In this document: positions 1-11,890 of the stretch, piece after piece | How positions within the stretch are numbered: the first letter of the stretch is position 1 | Layout: each line of letters starts with the position of its first letter | From: Lama glama | Taxonomy: Eukaryota | Direction of reading: 5' to 3' | Assembly: GCA_028534125.1 (NCBI GenBank) | Contig: CM052817.1 | Location: forward strand, 96,288,001-96,352,000 | DNA: 64,000 nt | Made by a program: the position numbers and the translations under genes | Notes under the pieces: model-generated | Told to the model about the DNA's origin: nothing | Databases searched by the model: none | The model's input: only the letters and a program-made list of their open reading frames with translations

Positions 1-2340
1 AACCATTGTATAGGGAGGTAGCATTGGGTAGTGGGAAGGACACTGAACCTAAGATCCGAAGACCCAGGGTCCCATCTTGGTCTTGACATGCTTTAGTTGT
101 TATTTAACCTCTCAGAATTCCTTTTTTCTGGAATAATATCACCAACCTCATTCATGAGGAAAAGCACTATATGTATATAAATCTATACTATGAATATCTT
201 TGTATACATGGCTGCCATTACGTACACTGCAGATACATCTGATTTGTTCTACGTCTGTCTAAATGGCAGCTGAATCAGTGTGAAGGGCCATATACCTATA
301 GAGATAGTCCGTGTGTATTTGTGCTGAGTGTGACACAGAGAGGGGAAAGGGAGCTGATGTGGATGTGGAATTTTGGATCCAAGTCTTGCTCCTGCTACTA
401 ACAAACTATGTGGCCATGGCAAAATCCTTTCATTACTTTGTTTCAGCTTAGGGTCTGGACTAGATGGCTTCTAAGACCCAAAACAGCTCTAAAATTCATT
501 CATCTAAAAGAACTAAACAATATAATTTCTCAACTCAGTTTTAAACAATTGAGAACTATTTTGCAATTTGCTAAATCCGTATCTACCTGTTCATCCATAG
601 GAAGGAGTTTTTCCTGACCCTTAGTGACATGCTTACAGCATCCCTTCTTGAACGTCAACTGTAGGAATCAGGAACACATAACATTAATCATGAGAGAACA
701 ATTTTCCTCTTCTTCTAGTTCCCACCCAAGCTACTACCCTTTAAAGGGTTTCCTCATTTGTAAGCAGCAGCCCAGCCTCCGTGTGAAACAGCAGGGACAA
801 GCAGAAAAAGCATTCGAGCTCTTGAGACCAAAAGAATATGTATCTACTAAGCACCTACTGTGCACACAAAAGTGATCCTACCACTTGGAAAGACGGCAGG
901 GATGTTATTCACGGAGCAAGGTCTCCCCTCTCCCAATATGTTTAATGTTCTGAACGAAAAGTAAAGAAGTTGCTAGTTTTTAAGGATTGATCTTTCAATA
1001 GCCATTTAAGCAACCACAGAAATCAGAGCTGGAAGTGGACTCAGAGCACAAAACATCTGCTCCCACCCCTTCATTTTAAAGACAAGGAGAACAAGATCCA
1101 CAATGACTAAATAAATTACCCAGATACACATAGTTACCTAGCAAATGGCAGTGTCAAAAGAGAATCTAAGTTTATTGCCCAACCTGACAGTTTTTCCTCT
1201 GCTAGACTTCATCTCTAGCCTGATGTTCAAATGCCGTTTGGTTAAGTATGCCGACCAAGATAGTCATCCAATGTCTATTAACCATCACTAATTTAACTCT
1301 TGTGTGTGAATGTGCAGGCTTCCAATTTTATCTTGATTAAAGATTGTGTCCTATATGTCTAATATCCCTGAAGATCTGGGTTTCCCTTGCTATCTGAAAA
1401 AAAACAATCAATAATTAACATTTCCCCCTACTTTTTTACATCATTAATAATGTGACTGGATCTATAATACTTCTGTAAACTTCACCATTATTTTTTACTA
1501 ACTGAAAAAACTTCTATCCTTTTTAATACTTTTGAATTCAATGAAATCTTAAAAATTAGCTAGTCACCCCCTTCCCCACCCAGTTAAAAAATAAAACATT
1601 CCACAAGGTAACCAATTCTTTTAGCGTGGAATGACAAATGATGCAAAATAAGTCTCCGGCCATCCCACAACATCGGTGCCCTTCTCTGGGGCCCAGGCAG
1701 CTGAGATTTTGTGTATTTGATGGGTTTTTAAATCCTCTCAACAGCGTTTACATCTCTATTAATTTTTAATAAAATGAACGAGAAAATAAAATACCACACT
1801 AAAAACTGATATATCCTTTGCATTTCTTTTAGTTATTAAAGCTGTTTTTCTAATAAGCTGGCAAACATTATTCCATGACAAACAAGTAATTACCATGAAA
1901 TTTCTATCAATTCTGATATGGCATCTTTGATGATATTAAAATCTTTGATGACACTGTTGTATTTTAATCTTTTTTTTTTTGAGAACTGAATACTGTGATG
2001 ACAAACTTCATTTCAAATGCTGAAGCATACAAATATTCACCAAATGAAGTCATATTTATAATGGAATAGAGAATAAGGTAAAAAGCCAAAACTCTTGGAA
2101 GAGATTGTTTCCATGAGATATTAAGGACTTCTTAAAAAATGTCCTTGTATTATTTTAGATAGTATTCAGTTGATCACCACCCACGATACACGTTCTGACT
2201 TTAAAATGAAAGAACATTACATTATTTACATGTCAAGTCATATCACACCACCATTATTATATTCCTTTATTTTTTTCCTGAAATAACATCTCTCTCTCTT
2301 TTTTTTTTTTAAGAACAATCAGTGACACCGTATTGAATAT

Positions 2341-2715
2341 TCTCCTGGTTTCCTGAGGCTGCCATAATAAAGAACCACACACTGGGTGGCTTAAACAACA
2401 GAATCTATTCTCTCACAGTCCTGGAGGTTGAAGTCCAAAATCAAGGTGTGGGTTGACAGGCTGGTCCTTGGCTTGTAGTTGGTGTTCTCCCTATGTCTTC
2501 ACATCATTTTCCCTCAGTATATGTCTGTCTTTATGCCCAAATGTCCCCTCTAGGTAAGGACATGAGTCATACTGGCTTCGGGCCCACCCTAAAAACCTCA
2601 TCTTAACTTGATCATCTGCAAAAACCCTATTACCAAATAAGATCACATTCACCGATCCTGGAGATTAAGAATTCAATATCTTTCAGGGGGAGGATCTACA
2701 ATTAAACCCATAACA
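2341..2715. mobile_element. MaLR solo LTR (MLT1-type)
   Basis: Diagnostic gggtggcttaaacaacagaa...tctcacagt.ctggagg...aagtccaaaatcaagg, ends cccataaca. 5-bp TSD aatat at 2336-2340 and 2716-2720. Confidence 0.85.
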
Positions 2716-3542
2716 AATATGATTGAAAATTTTCTCTCAAACGAGAAAGTAAAATGTACCAGCATCATATACAATACTTGTCCTGTCTTAGCTGTGTAGT
2801 TGCTAAGCGCTGTCAGCACCAACCCTGGAGAAGCAAAGCAAAGTGGTGCAGCATGTGTGACTCCAAGACAAGAGACCACCAGCTGGATGGAGAAAGACTT
2901 AGCACAGACCAAGCACAGAGGTAACTAGAATCCCAGACACAGTTCCAAGTGAGGTGCCTGGGGGAGCTCAAGTCTGAGGCAAATCTGAGCGCAAAGCAGA
3001 GAGGAGACAGGGTGGAGTTTGGAGGTTTCTTCTACTTTCTGAAGGATCTGTTGAAAGAGGCATCCAACAAAGGATGGGTTCTCATGGTCTAGCAGATGAT
3101 GGATGTGCAAATATGGAGTGTACGTAGAGAGATACAGAGCGAAGTTGAGAGGAAAGACACCAGACTGATGATAGCAATGATGAAAACGGTCTTAGAAGCT
3201 TATCAGGCAAACTTTGGGATGGATGGATGGAGCAGAGCCAGAAACTCTACCCTAAAATGTGCTGAGGCTCAACTGTGTGTCCTGATAATTCTAAATCGTG
3301 CTGCCAGTAATTTTTATAACAATAAACAACCAAAGTTTTTAAATGTTTTTTTTTACATATAATGATGATTTGCTATTAGTCATTTTAAAAAGTATTACTC
3401 ATCTGAATTCCAATGTGCTTTGTAGGCAGGAGAGAAAGGCTGTGGAACTTCAGGTAGCAGATGACCCACAGCCTATTTGACTTTGACTGCAGCCCATAAT
3501 CAGTGATGGTATTATTATTACTGCTTTGGAGGCAGGAGGGGT

Positions 3543-3544
<2 letters not shown>

Positions 3545-3576
<32 letters not shown>
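3545..3576. repeat. (GT)n microsatellite
   Basis: About 16 perfect GT units. Confidence 0.95.
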
Positions 3577-3577
<1 letters not shown>

Positions 3578-3734
3578 GAGATCTCAGTATTCTCATAAGC
3601 ATGCTGTCTAAGTCAATATAAACAATCATATTTGCTGCTGTGAGAAAACAGGTTGAGAACGGCAACCACCTGCAGAGCATAAAGACCCTAAGTCTGGGGC
3701 AGCTGGAAGATAAAAATAAAAGGATATAGAAGCC

Positions 3735-3823
3735 AGGGGGGTGGGTATATAGCTCAGTGGTAGAGCGCATGCTTGGCATGTAGGAGGTCCTGAGTTCAAT
3801 TCCCAGTACCTTCATTAAAAAAG
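3735..3823 (+). mobile_element. tRNA-Ala-derived SINE (camelid Vic-1-like) with target-site duplication
   Basis: A box (TAGCTCAGTGG), B box (GAGTTCAATTC), tRNA-Ala-like body and A-rich tail. TSD aaaaggatatagaagcc (3718-3734) / aaaaggatacaaaagcc (3824-3840). Confidence 0.85.
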
Positions 3824-5438
3824 AAAAGGATACAAAAGCCCATGAATATTACGTGGTGAGCAATGGGTCCAGGGTTTTCTTATTTAGTAGATATACTGAC
3901 ATGGTTTGAAGCCACAAATTGTCCCTACAGGCAAAGCAATACTGCCGCACAGAGCACGAGCATCCGTGTGCTCAGGATGGGGATGGGACAGGCAGCACAT
4001 CTACCTAAAGCTGCTCTTCAGCAAGGGAAGCCGGTTCTGGGGATGTCCATGGATACTGAGATGCTTCTAGTTGTATGAATGACCTGAGATAATGGTTCAA
4101 GTGGGACTGGGCGACAGAGATACTTTCAGGATAGATTACCTTCAGGGATGGCACATCAGACATCCCTGACTTCTCACATAAGGCATCTAAAGAACCTGTT
4201 AAATCTGTTGAACATTTCATTTGATGAGTTTCTGGGGTTGTCTGTGAGCAGTTTTCAGTGCTGACAACCACATCTACTACACCTGTGCTTGTGACATCTT
4301 TGCTCTCATGGTTGGTTCTCCGTCCACACTGAGTTACTGAGTTAGCCGGGTGGGAACTTCCCAGAGACTTCAGTGAGGGGGATTAGGAGTCCAGAACTGA
4401 GTCAGAGAGCTCAAGTTTTGGATCCCAGCTCCAAGACCCATGATCGGTAGTGACCAGTGACCAGCCTTTCAGTATCTAGGCGGCTACGATGAATTCTGGG
4501 AGATAATAGAGTTTGATTTGAACAAATAGAAGCTCTGCTCCCCAACTAGCCTTAGTGATTAATTATGATCTGTCTGATTCTTGTGTTTTTTCTGAAGTGG
4601 TTCTGAACTTGGAGCAGGAAGAAAATATTTATCTTTAACTAAATCTTACCGTTTTTCTTTGTTCTCTGTTCAATTGTATTTATGTTTTGAAGATCTTCCC
4701 CATCTAAGATCAAAATATTTACCTATAGTTTCTATGTTTTTATAGTTTATTTTTAAATGTTTCTCATAAAATTTAATTTTAAAATAAGATACAAAAGTAA
4801 TTAATTAATATTACTATAAAATGTTTGGAAAATCATAAAGAGAAAAATTTAAATCACACAATTTTTCTACTTTGTATCTTCTATTTCCAAAACTATTGAT
4901 ATTTTTGTATTCTTGACTTTATATTTAATCAGTTTCAGTGTATACTATCAGTTCTTTTATATGAAGGCTTTCCTATTCTTAAAATTTTTAATTTTGATTT
5001 ATCTCTTACTGGGTTGCAGAATATGGGATACACAGAAACTACATTCATAGTGAACTTTCTGAGTCTTGCATATGTAAGACTACCTTCCTGTTGCTACTGC
5101 AGGAGTTACTTCTGTAGCATATTCTAAATTCTCAGCTCTATAGCATTCCACTCTCTTTCCCCTACCCTCAAACTCCATGAACTCTACTTCTTTTTGTTTT
5201 ATGGTATTCATTGTTGCAAAAGAGAAAAAAAAATGAGTCCCATCTGATTTTTATTCCAATGCAGGCAATCTGTGTATTCTCTTTGGATGCAGGTGGGAGT
5301 GTGTCTTAATATGAGTCATTCAAAAAGTTCCCCAAAACTTATTTAGTTATGAATCTTCCCTTGTTATTTTTGACTGACACATGAAGAGCTATTTCAATCT
5401 GCCTATTCAGATCTTTTTAGGGTCTAGAAAGGTTTCTT

Positions 5439-5675
5439 TTCTTTCCTTTTCTTTTAACTTTTTAAAAATGAAGTATAGTCAGCTCATACTTAATGGTGAA
5501 AAGCTGAAAGCATTTCCTCTAAGATCAGGAACAAGACAAGGATGCCCACTCTCACCACTTTTATTCAACATAGCTTTGGAAGTCCTAGCCACAGCAATCA
5601 GAGAAGAAAAAGAAATAAAAGGAATCCAAATTGAAAAAGAAGAAGTAACACCTATAATGAAAAAGAGTATGAAAA
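5439..5675. mobile_element. Short rearranged L1 insertion (inverted 3' tip + ORF2 RT fragment + 3' UTR fragment)
   Basis: Encodes [49 protein letters not shown] (L1 ORF2 RT). Flanked by agaaaggtttctt (5426-5438) / agaaagctttctt (5676-5688). Confidence 0.85.
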
Positions 5676-6449
5676 AGAAAGCTTTCTTACGGTGTCTTTG
5701 ATTATTGCTTTCATTTCAGTTATTGTCAATTCTACTTCAGAAACTTCCATTGTTTTCATTTCTGAATCTTTCCCCTATATTTTGAGAAAATGTTTCAAAT
5801 TTGTATTCAGCACCATCGAGTCAACATTTCATTGTACCAATCCTGCTCTTTACTTTTTCTACTCTGTATTTTAATTCTACCAACACATTTTATTGAAAGC
5901 CTTCCTTCTTTCATCTGGGGTGCATGGCTATCTCACTTGGTTCTGTCCTTAAGCTTTTCTATCATCTACTTGTATCTTTCTGAAGAAACTAAGAATTTTT
6001 CTAAAATTATCATATTCATAAGTTTGTTCTTCAGATTAATGCTTTGTTTGCCTTGCATTTTCTACATCCCTCAATTAAGAGCAGTCTATTTAGTCCCAGT
6101 ATTTAAAGGCAAGTCTTGTAGACAGTCAGCCCTTGGCTCTGCTCGCTGGCTATGTGGAACTGGTAGGATCCTCCTCCAGTTGGAGGACAGCTGGTAGGCA
6201 CAGCACCTCACTCAATGCCAGTGTCTAGCAGGCATTCTTCTAGGACTGAGATTTGCTCTTCTCTTACTTTAACTGATTGGTTCTCTTCTACTTTGAACTG
6301 CTCTTTATCTAGTCTTTGGTGGTAGAGCTCATTTTGAAGCTTATAGTCCTGATCATGGTTCTATCTCTGTCCTAGTTCTTAAAGGACAGCACTTCTGTGT
6401 CCATAATCTGACCCTAGTCTCTTTATGTTAAAAGCACTCTTTACCTAGA

Positions 6450-9400
6450 ACTTAAAGATTTAAAAGGTCAGGGTTCACTTGTTCAAGTCTGATATCCTGC
6501 AGGCTGGTTTCCTGGAAGAGAAGGTGGACTCTAGCAAAGTTCCAAGGAAACCAGTTAGGCTCAGTAATTTTAGGGCAATCATTCCTGACCTAATGCAAAG
6601 GCTTAGACCCTAGAGTTCCTCTCTCCTGACACTGGAGAGGTTGGTACCCCCTAAGTTGTGAATGCCTACAGGGCAAATCTTGCTATATGTGTGCCATATC
6701 CTATGACTGCAACCACAAGGCAGAGACCTCAGCCCCTGTCCCTTCCCTTCCTCCCCTACATGCAGATCACAGAATGGGAGGGGCTGGCTGATTCTACATC
6801 AAGTAATGAATGCTAAGGTGGCAGGATAGAGCTTATATCAAGGCTCTGCAACATCCCATAGCTATTGTGTCTGGCCCCCAATCACACCAGGAGTGTGACA
6901 ATACTTCCCTAAACATACAGCATCCAATGAAAGGGCAATGGGAGACCAGCACACCTGCTACTGCTCCTGTCTCTGTGAGTTTTCTAAGAGCAGCATTGCT
7001 CCAGCAGGCCTGCTGTGAGAGCTGCTGACCAATTACTTTGTTAGCATGGCAGTTGTCCCAGTAAACTGGGCGTCTGTCCAGGCCCATAACATATCCTTCT
7101 GGAAGCAAGTCAGAGGACTGGAAATAGATCAAAGACCAAGACTGGAGCAGGAAGAGTCTGCTGGTGATGTTGTGACCAGCCTTCAGGATGTCTGGTTAGT
7201 GATCATTAGCAGGAACTAGCCTTGAAGAAATCCTTAATCTTATGGGGCTAAGACTCTCAGTGACAGAATTCTTTTTTTGTGTGTGATATTAAAGGGAGTT
7301 GCCTAAGATGAGGTGGACACTTCACTAAAAGGAAAGTTGAACTACTGCACCTCATAAAATTCATGCATAAAAAGAGGAAAGAGGACATCTTTCCCATGAT
7401 CACTAAAAATGGGTGGAGAATGTAGGAAAGAACTGACCATCAGCAAGACAGGATAAGTGGACTTCCAAATTCTATTTCTGTCCATGAGATCAAGATGGTA
7501 AAGGGGACAGTCCTTATAATGGTGGCCTCCTCCACAAATCTGTTACTGGATCTTCCTTTCATGATTGGATGCATTGAAGAAAAGGAGAGCCATTCCAGTG
7601 CGTCTTCACAGCGTTCCCTTGCTCTTGGTTCCTCTCAGCTCCCAGAAAACCACACTGAAATACACCATCTAGAATCTGCCCAATGAACTGACTGTCAACA
7701 ATAAATTCTAGGCCCTGAACTGAACATGTCGACTAGGACATCTCTTCTTCAGAAGTTCCCCAGTCACTGGGAGAACTTGGGATCAATGCTGTAGACCTGG
7801 GCTAGCCTTTACTCAATTCCTGTGCTAAAGTCACAGATAAAGGCATTCCGAGCTGCAAGATGTGTACTTCCTGAGCTGTTCCTACAATGATCTTTCCCTG
7901 CCCATCTTCAGAGAACATGATCAGCACCTGGGATCACCTCCCAAAGTCTATTTCTAATCATCCACCTGGTCTCCCACAGCAAGGTCTGGACTCAGAGCCC
8001 ATATGGGTTGAAATGGGATGCATTATTGACAGAATGAGAGATAATGCTTAGAAGCCACCTCTCTTTGAATTGAGGGAGAAGAGAAAGGACAAAAATGAAG
8101 AAAGAAGTCAAGGGTCAACTTGACCAATACTAATCCGTCCAGGCTCACCCTCCAGAAAACACTCACCTCTACACAGTTCCATGGAAATCAGCTAGTCTCA
8201 GTGCTAAGGCCATTAATTTGGTCAAAGGCAAGGCTTGGACTCAGATCCTGAATCAATGGAATGGGGAAGAGGACGGGTACTGGTGTTTGCTCAATTATGA
8301 ATGCTAATGTGGTCAGCCGTGGTCAACCCCACCACTGGTTTGCTCCCATGAATAAAGCTGCAACTTCAAGGCTTAGACCCTAGTCCCCTGACCCAACCAC
8401 TAGTGCCAACCTGGCCAGAGAGGATGAAAGTTAAGGTTCTGCCCCATCATCTTGTTATTGTTGCTCTGGCCCCAGATGGTACTTGGGGAGATGCCAGTGC
8501 TTCCCTAATCTTGTCTCTTAAAAAGCCCTCTCTGTTACAGGGTCTGACATCTGGCCCTACTAGACCTCTTTGTGCTGCTCCAGAATTCATGGGTACATAT
8601 CCTATGGACCCAGTGTCTGAAAGCTTTCTACAGTGCTCCTCAGATGTGGTGTGAATGCTGCCTTTTCATTAGTCCTTCCAAATAGGTCACAGTTCTTAAG
8701 AAGATATAGCTACTGATTTGCTACAAGTGTCTGTCAGACCATGAGTACTCCATGCCTGCTATCCCAGCTATAATCTGAAGATATGTGACCTGAAGAATGA
8801 GACTAACAGCACTGAGTCTGTGGAAAACAGGCCACATTGTATATTTGAGCTCCATCTTTAGCAGCAGTGGGGACTAGAACCTGTACTCGACTCTGACCAG
8901 GCGGCTCTGGTCACATATGTGCTCATGGGCTGAACATTGGCCCTGCGTGCACCCAGGTGCCCAGTCCCTATGACTATGGTTTCTGCTCATGTTCATTTGC
9001 TCTGCAGTTCCCTGAGGGTGCTGGAGCCATGCCCTGGACCACAGCCTGCCCTTTGTCATCTGCTGGCTGGTATCCTACTTTAACCTGAATGGACATCCCT
9101 GGAACTAGGATGCTGCCACCAGCCCCTGACACAGCTGCCGCCTGGCTGTTGCTATGGGGCCTCCATATGTGGGTCTTGTCTGGACCAATCAGAGCAGTTA
9201 TGCGGAAGCTACAACACCATCACCTCAGGGGTAACCTCATATTCAGGGAAGTCCTCACTGCACTCTGGCCACATATTTTAAGTAGCCCTAGTTTACCCTC
9301 CTCATGAAAATTCTACCCCAGATTAAAAAAGCTGCACAGACAATTTTCACCACTGCTAGGTACATCAAACACTCAGAGTCAATCTCTAGAACTTTCATCA

Positions 9401-9560
9401 ACACCAAATCAGTCATTTTATCCATCCGACAATAAAACATGGTTCTTGTGGCCAATGAACTGATTAAGGGCACAGAAACATAGTTTGGATCTTTCAAAAA
9501 GTAATTACAAAACAAAATAACACAATCTAACTTGAAAATTGTTTCATAGCCAAAACATTC
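6450..9560 (+). pseudogene. Candidate decayed protein-coding insertion of unidentified origin
   Basis: Intronless, compositionally balanced block with several protein-like plus-strand frames broken by TGA/TAG/TAA stops and frameshifts. I do not recognise the protein or any TE motif. Boundaries approximate. Confidence 0.45.
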
Positions 9561-9863
9561 TTTTATTATGGAATATGGGTGCATTTTATCATGCTAGAGG
9601 GTGGGGCACCTAAATGTGAGCGAGCCATTGACCTGTGAAGGTGACCTCACAGCGGCCCCACCCTGATCACATGTCCCAAAGTCCTCCTCACTCTCTCTGC
9701 CACTAAAATGATACAGTGCCATGGTTACTAATCGTGTTAGTGGCCATTAAGTGCTCCGGTATTTGTTGAGTGAGTGAATGGACAGATGAATGAATAAATA
9801 AGTAAGTAAAGAAAGCAATGAGTAAATCCTCCAATAGAAATACATATAGAGATTTTAAAAGAT

Positions 9864-10040
9864 CAGAAGGAGAGGGAAACTGAGAGTTGTTGTTTAATGG
9901 GTATTGAGTTCCAGTTTTGCAAGAAGAAAAGGTTCTGGCAACCAGTTGCATGACAGTATGAATATACTTAACACTACTGAACTGTACACTCACAAAGAGT
10001 TAGGATGGTAAATTCTGTTATGCACTTTTTACTGCAATCA
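9864..10040 (+). mobile_element. L1 (L1MB-like) 3' end fragment
   Basis: gagttgttgtttaatgggta...gaactgtacact...ggtaaatt motif, flanked by ttttaaaagatca on both sides (about 9854 and 10043). Confidence 0.75.
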
Positions 10041-10904
10041 GTTTTTAAAAGATCAAATCAAATTTAAAAAATCAGAAATAAAATTTATAGAAAAACTCGG
10101 AATACAGCTATGATCACTATCCGAATCTCACTGGAGCCACTCTTAAATTTTCATCAATGTACTCTGGCTGCTTCAGCCCTAATTTTTTAAAATAATATTA
10201 TTCCTTATTTCTTTCATGACTTATTTTTTTGGAGTCAGTAATTGACAGTTCCATTATCATCATAATTGGAGAATTTGATGGTTCCAATTATAAAAACAAA
10301 CAAAACCAACTCTTACTCTTTTCAGTTGGAGGATGGTCCTATAGTAGAGAAAAAGTACTAAATTGTATTGTAGTATACAATTTTCATAATTAGCACATCA
10401 TGAAATTAAAGTAATTCTTGGTTTGCCTAGAGCAATGCCTATCAGCACAGACTCTGAACCCAGCTGACTAGTTAATACTAGCCCCACCACTAACCAGCTT
10501 AATTTCTTTGTGCCACAGTTTTCTCACCTTCAAAATGAAGTTAGTAATTCCTAAAAGCTGAAAAAAAATTTTACCTCACCCAGAATCAAGAATAATAATT
10601 TTTAAAAGCTTAAGCAAGGATATGACTTGCAATTCTACTTAAGCAAGAATTTATTCCATTTTTACAAGCTGGAAAACAAAACTCTACTTTCAACAATGGA
10701 CTAAAAGTTTTATCAAGTAACTTCTCAAATCATTGTTAAGTCATAACTCTTCAGTACATAATTTGGTAATCACCTATGACCCTCACATTAAAAATAATCA
10801 CTGTTGGTATATGATACATACCAAATATAATTCTATTTTACATTGTGTTTTGTATCTTACTACGTAATGTATCATGAGCATTTTGTCAAAGCAATATATG
10901 TTGA

Positions 10905-11890
10905 GATTTCCTGTACAATTTAGAATGAAATCCAAAGCCCTCAGCTTGGCCCACAAGCCCCAGTGTGACCGCAAGCCTCCTGGTCTAAACTCAGCTCCTC
11001 TCCTTTCACCTCCAGCCTTCCTCACTGAGCTCACAAGTGGGCCTTGCAGGTTCTTGAGCCTGCTCAGCATGCACTTGCCTCAGGGCCTTTGCACTTCCTA
11101 AGTCCTCTCTCTAGAAACTCTTACACCAGATTTTTACAAGGCTCACTCACTCACTTCATTCACCTTCTAACAGGTGAAGAGATTCTGTAAAGTAGTGTGA
11201 ATGAAAAATACTGCAAACCGTATCAGTAAACAAAGAATGCTGAAGCCATCAAGTCATTAGCGGCTGCCACCACCCCTCAGTGAAAACACGCCTGCAGCCT
11301 GGCCTCTGCAGCCACTCACAATGGTGCACTCTGAGGGCACTCAGAATAAGAAAGAACAGAATACTGGCCCTAGATAGCTCCGTGCTTGTCAAAGGAGTGA
11401 ATTCAATGAGCCCAAATGTTTGCTTCCTCTCATACATAGAAAAGCGCTAAATTCTTAAACTTGAGATATCCGGTTTTCTTTAGTTAACAAGTAATCTTTT
11501 AATGTTCCAACTACCTGGTCTTTGTTGTAAAGCTCCTATATATCCTAGCTCCTCCCCTACCTCTTCGGAGCAGTCCCTCAGAGCCATCTGAGAGGCTGTC
11601 ATCCCGGGCTGAGTCCTTAGAATTGTCCACCGAATGAAACGTAACTCTCAACTTTTAGGTTGTGCATTTATTTCAGTCGACGGTAGCAACCACTATATAC
11701 CCCTTTACCCTGCTTTATTTTCCATCTGAGCGCTCACCACTACTTAACATGTTACATAGCTATTAGTGGTTAAGGCCTGTTCTTTCCAGTAGAATGTTAG
11801 TGACATGAGAGCAAAGATTTTGTCGGTCTTGTTAACTGTTATATCCCCAGGAACTAGGCTCTAAACAAATATTTGTTGAATGAATGACTT
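10905..11890 (+). mobile_element. L2 3' fragment (split by the ERV1 LTR)
   Basis: L2 motifs tagaatgaaatccaaagccctc, cctcagggcctttgcact and terminal aaatatttgttgaatgaatga. Confidence 0.75.
11196..11682 (+). mobile_element. Class I ERV (ERV1-type) solo LTR inserted into an L2 fragment
   Basis: TG start, end ...ttcagtcgacg (degenerate CA). TATA-like cctatatatcc near 11536-11545 and degenerate poly(A) signal aatgaa near 11633. 4-bp TSD gtag at 11192-11195 and 11683-11686; L2 sequence resumes on both sides. Confidence 0.75.

Noticed and set aside
3742..3815. Possible functional tRNA-Ala gene (also ~58580-58651)
   Set aside because: A-rich tail, TSD, stem mismatches and no oligo-T terminator indicate SINE copies.
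3450..3815. 121-aa minus ORF with HTHTHT run
   Set aside because: Composite of SINE antisense and the (GT)n microsatellite.
6833..7132. 99-aa minus-strand ORF as a gene or TTC29 exon
   Set aside because: No resemblance to the next expected TTC29 sequence. It is in codon register with the plus-strand frame at 6902 and is probably its antisense shadow, although the strand is not proven.
9501..9520. TAATT plus A-rich run resembling a negative-strand RNA virus gene-end signal
   Set aside because: Too short and degenerate; only meaningful if a protein search supports a viral origin.
9288..9584. 98-aa minus-strand ORF
   Set aside because: Unrecognised. The plus-strand frame from 9301 looks more codon-like, so it is treated as part of the 6450-9560 relic.
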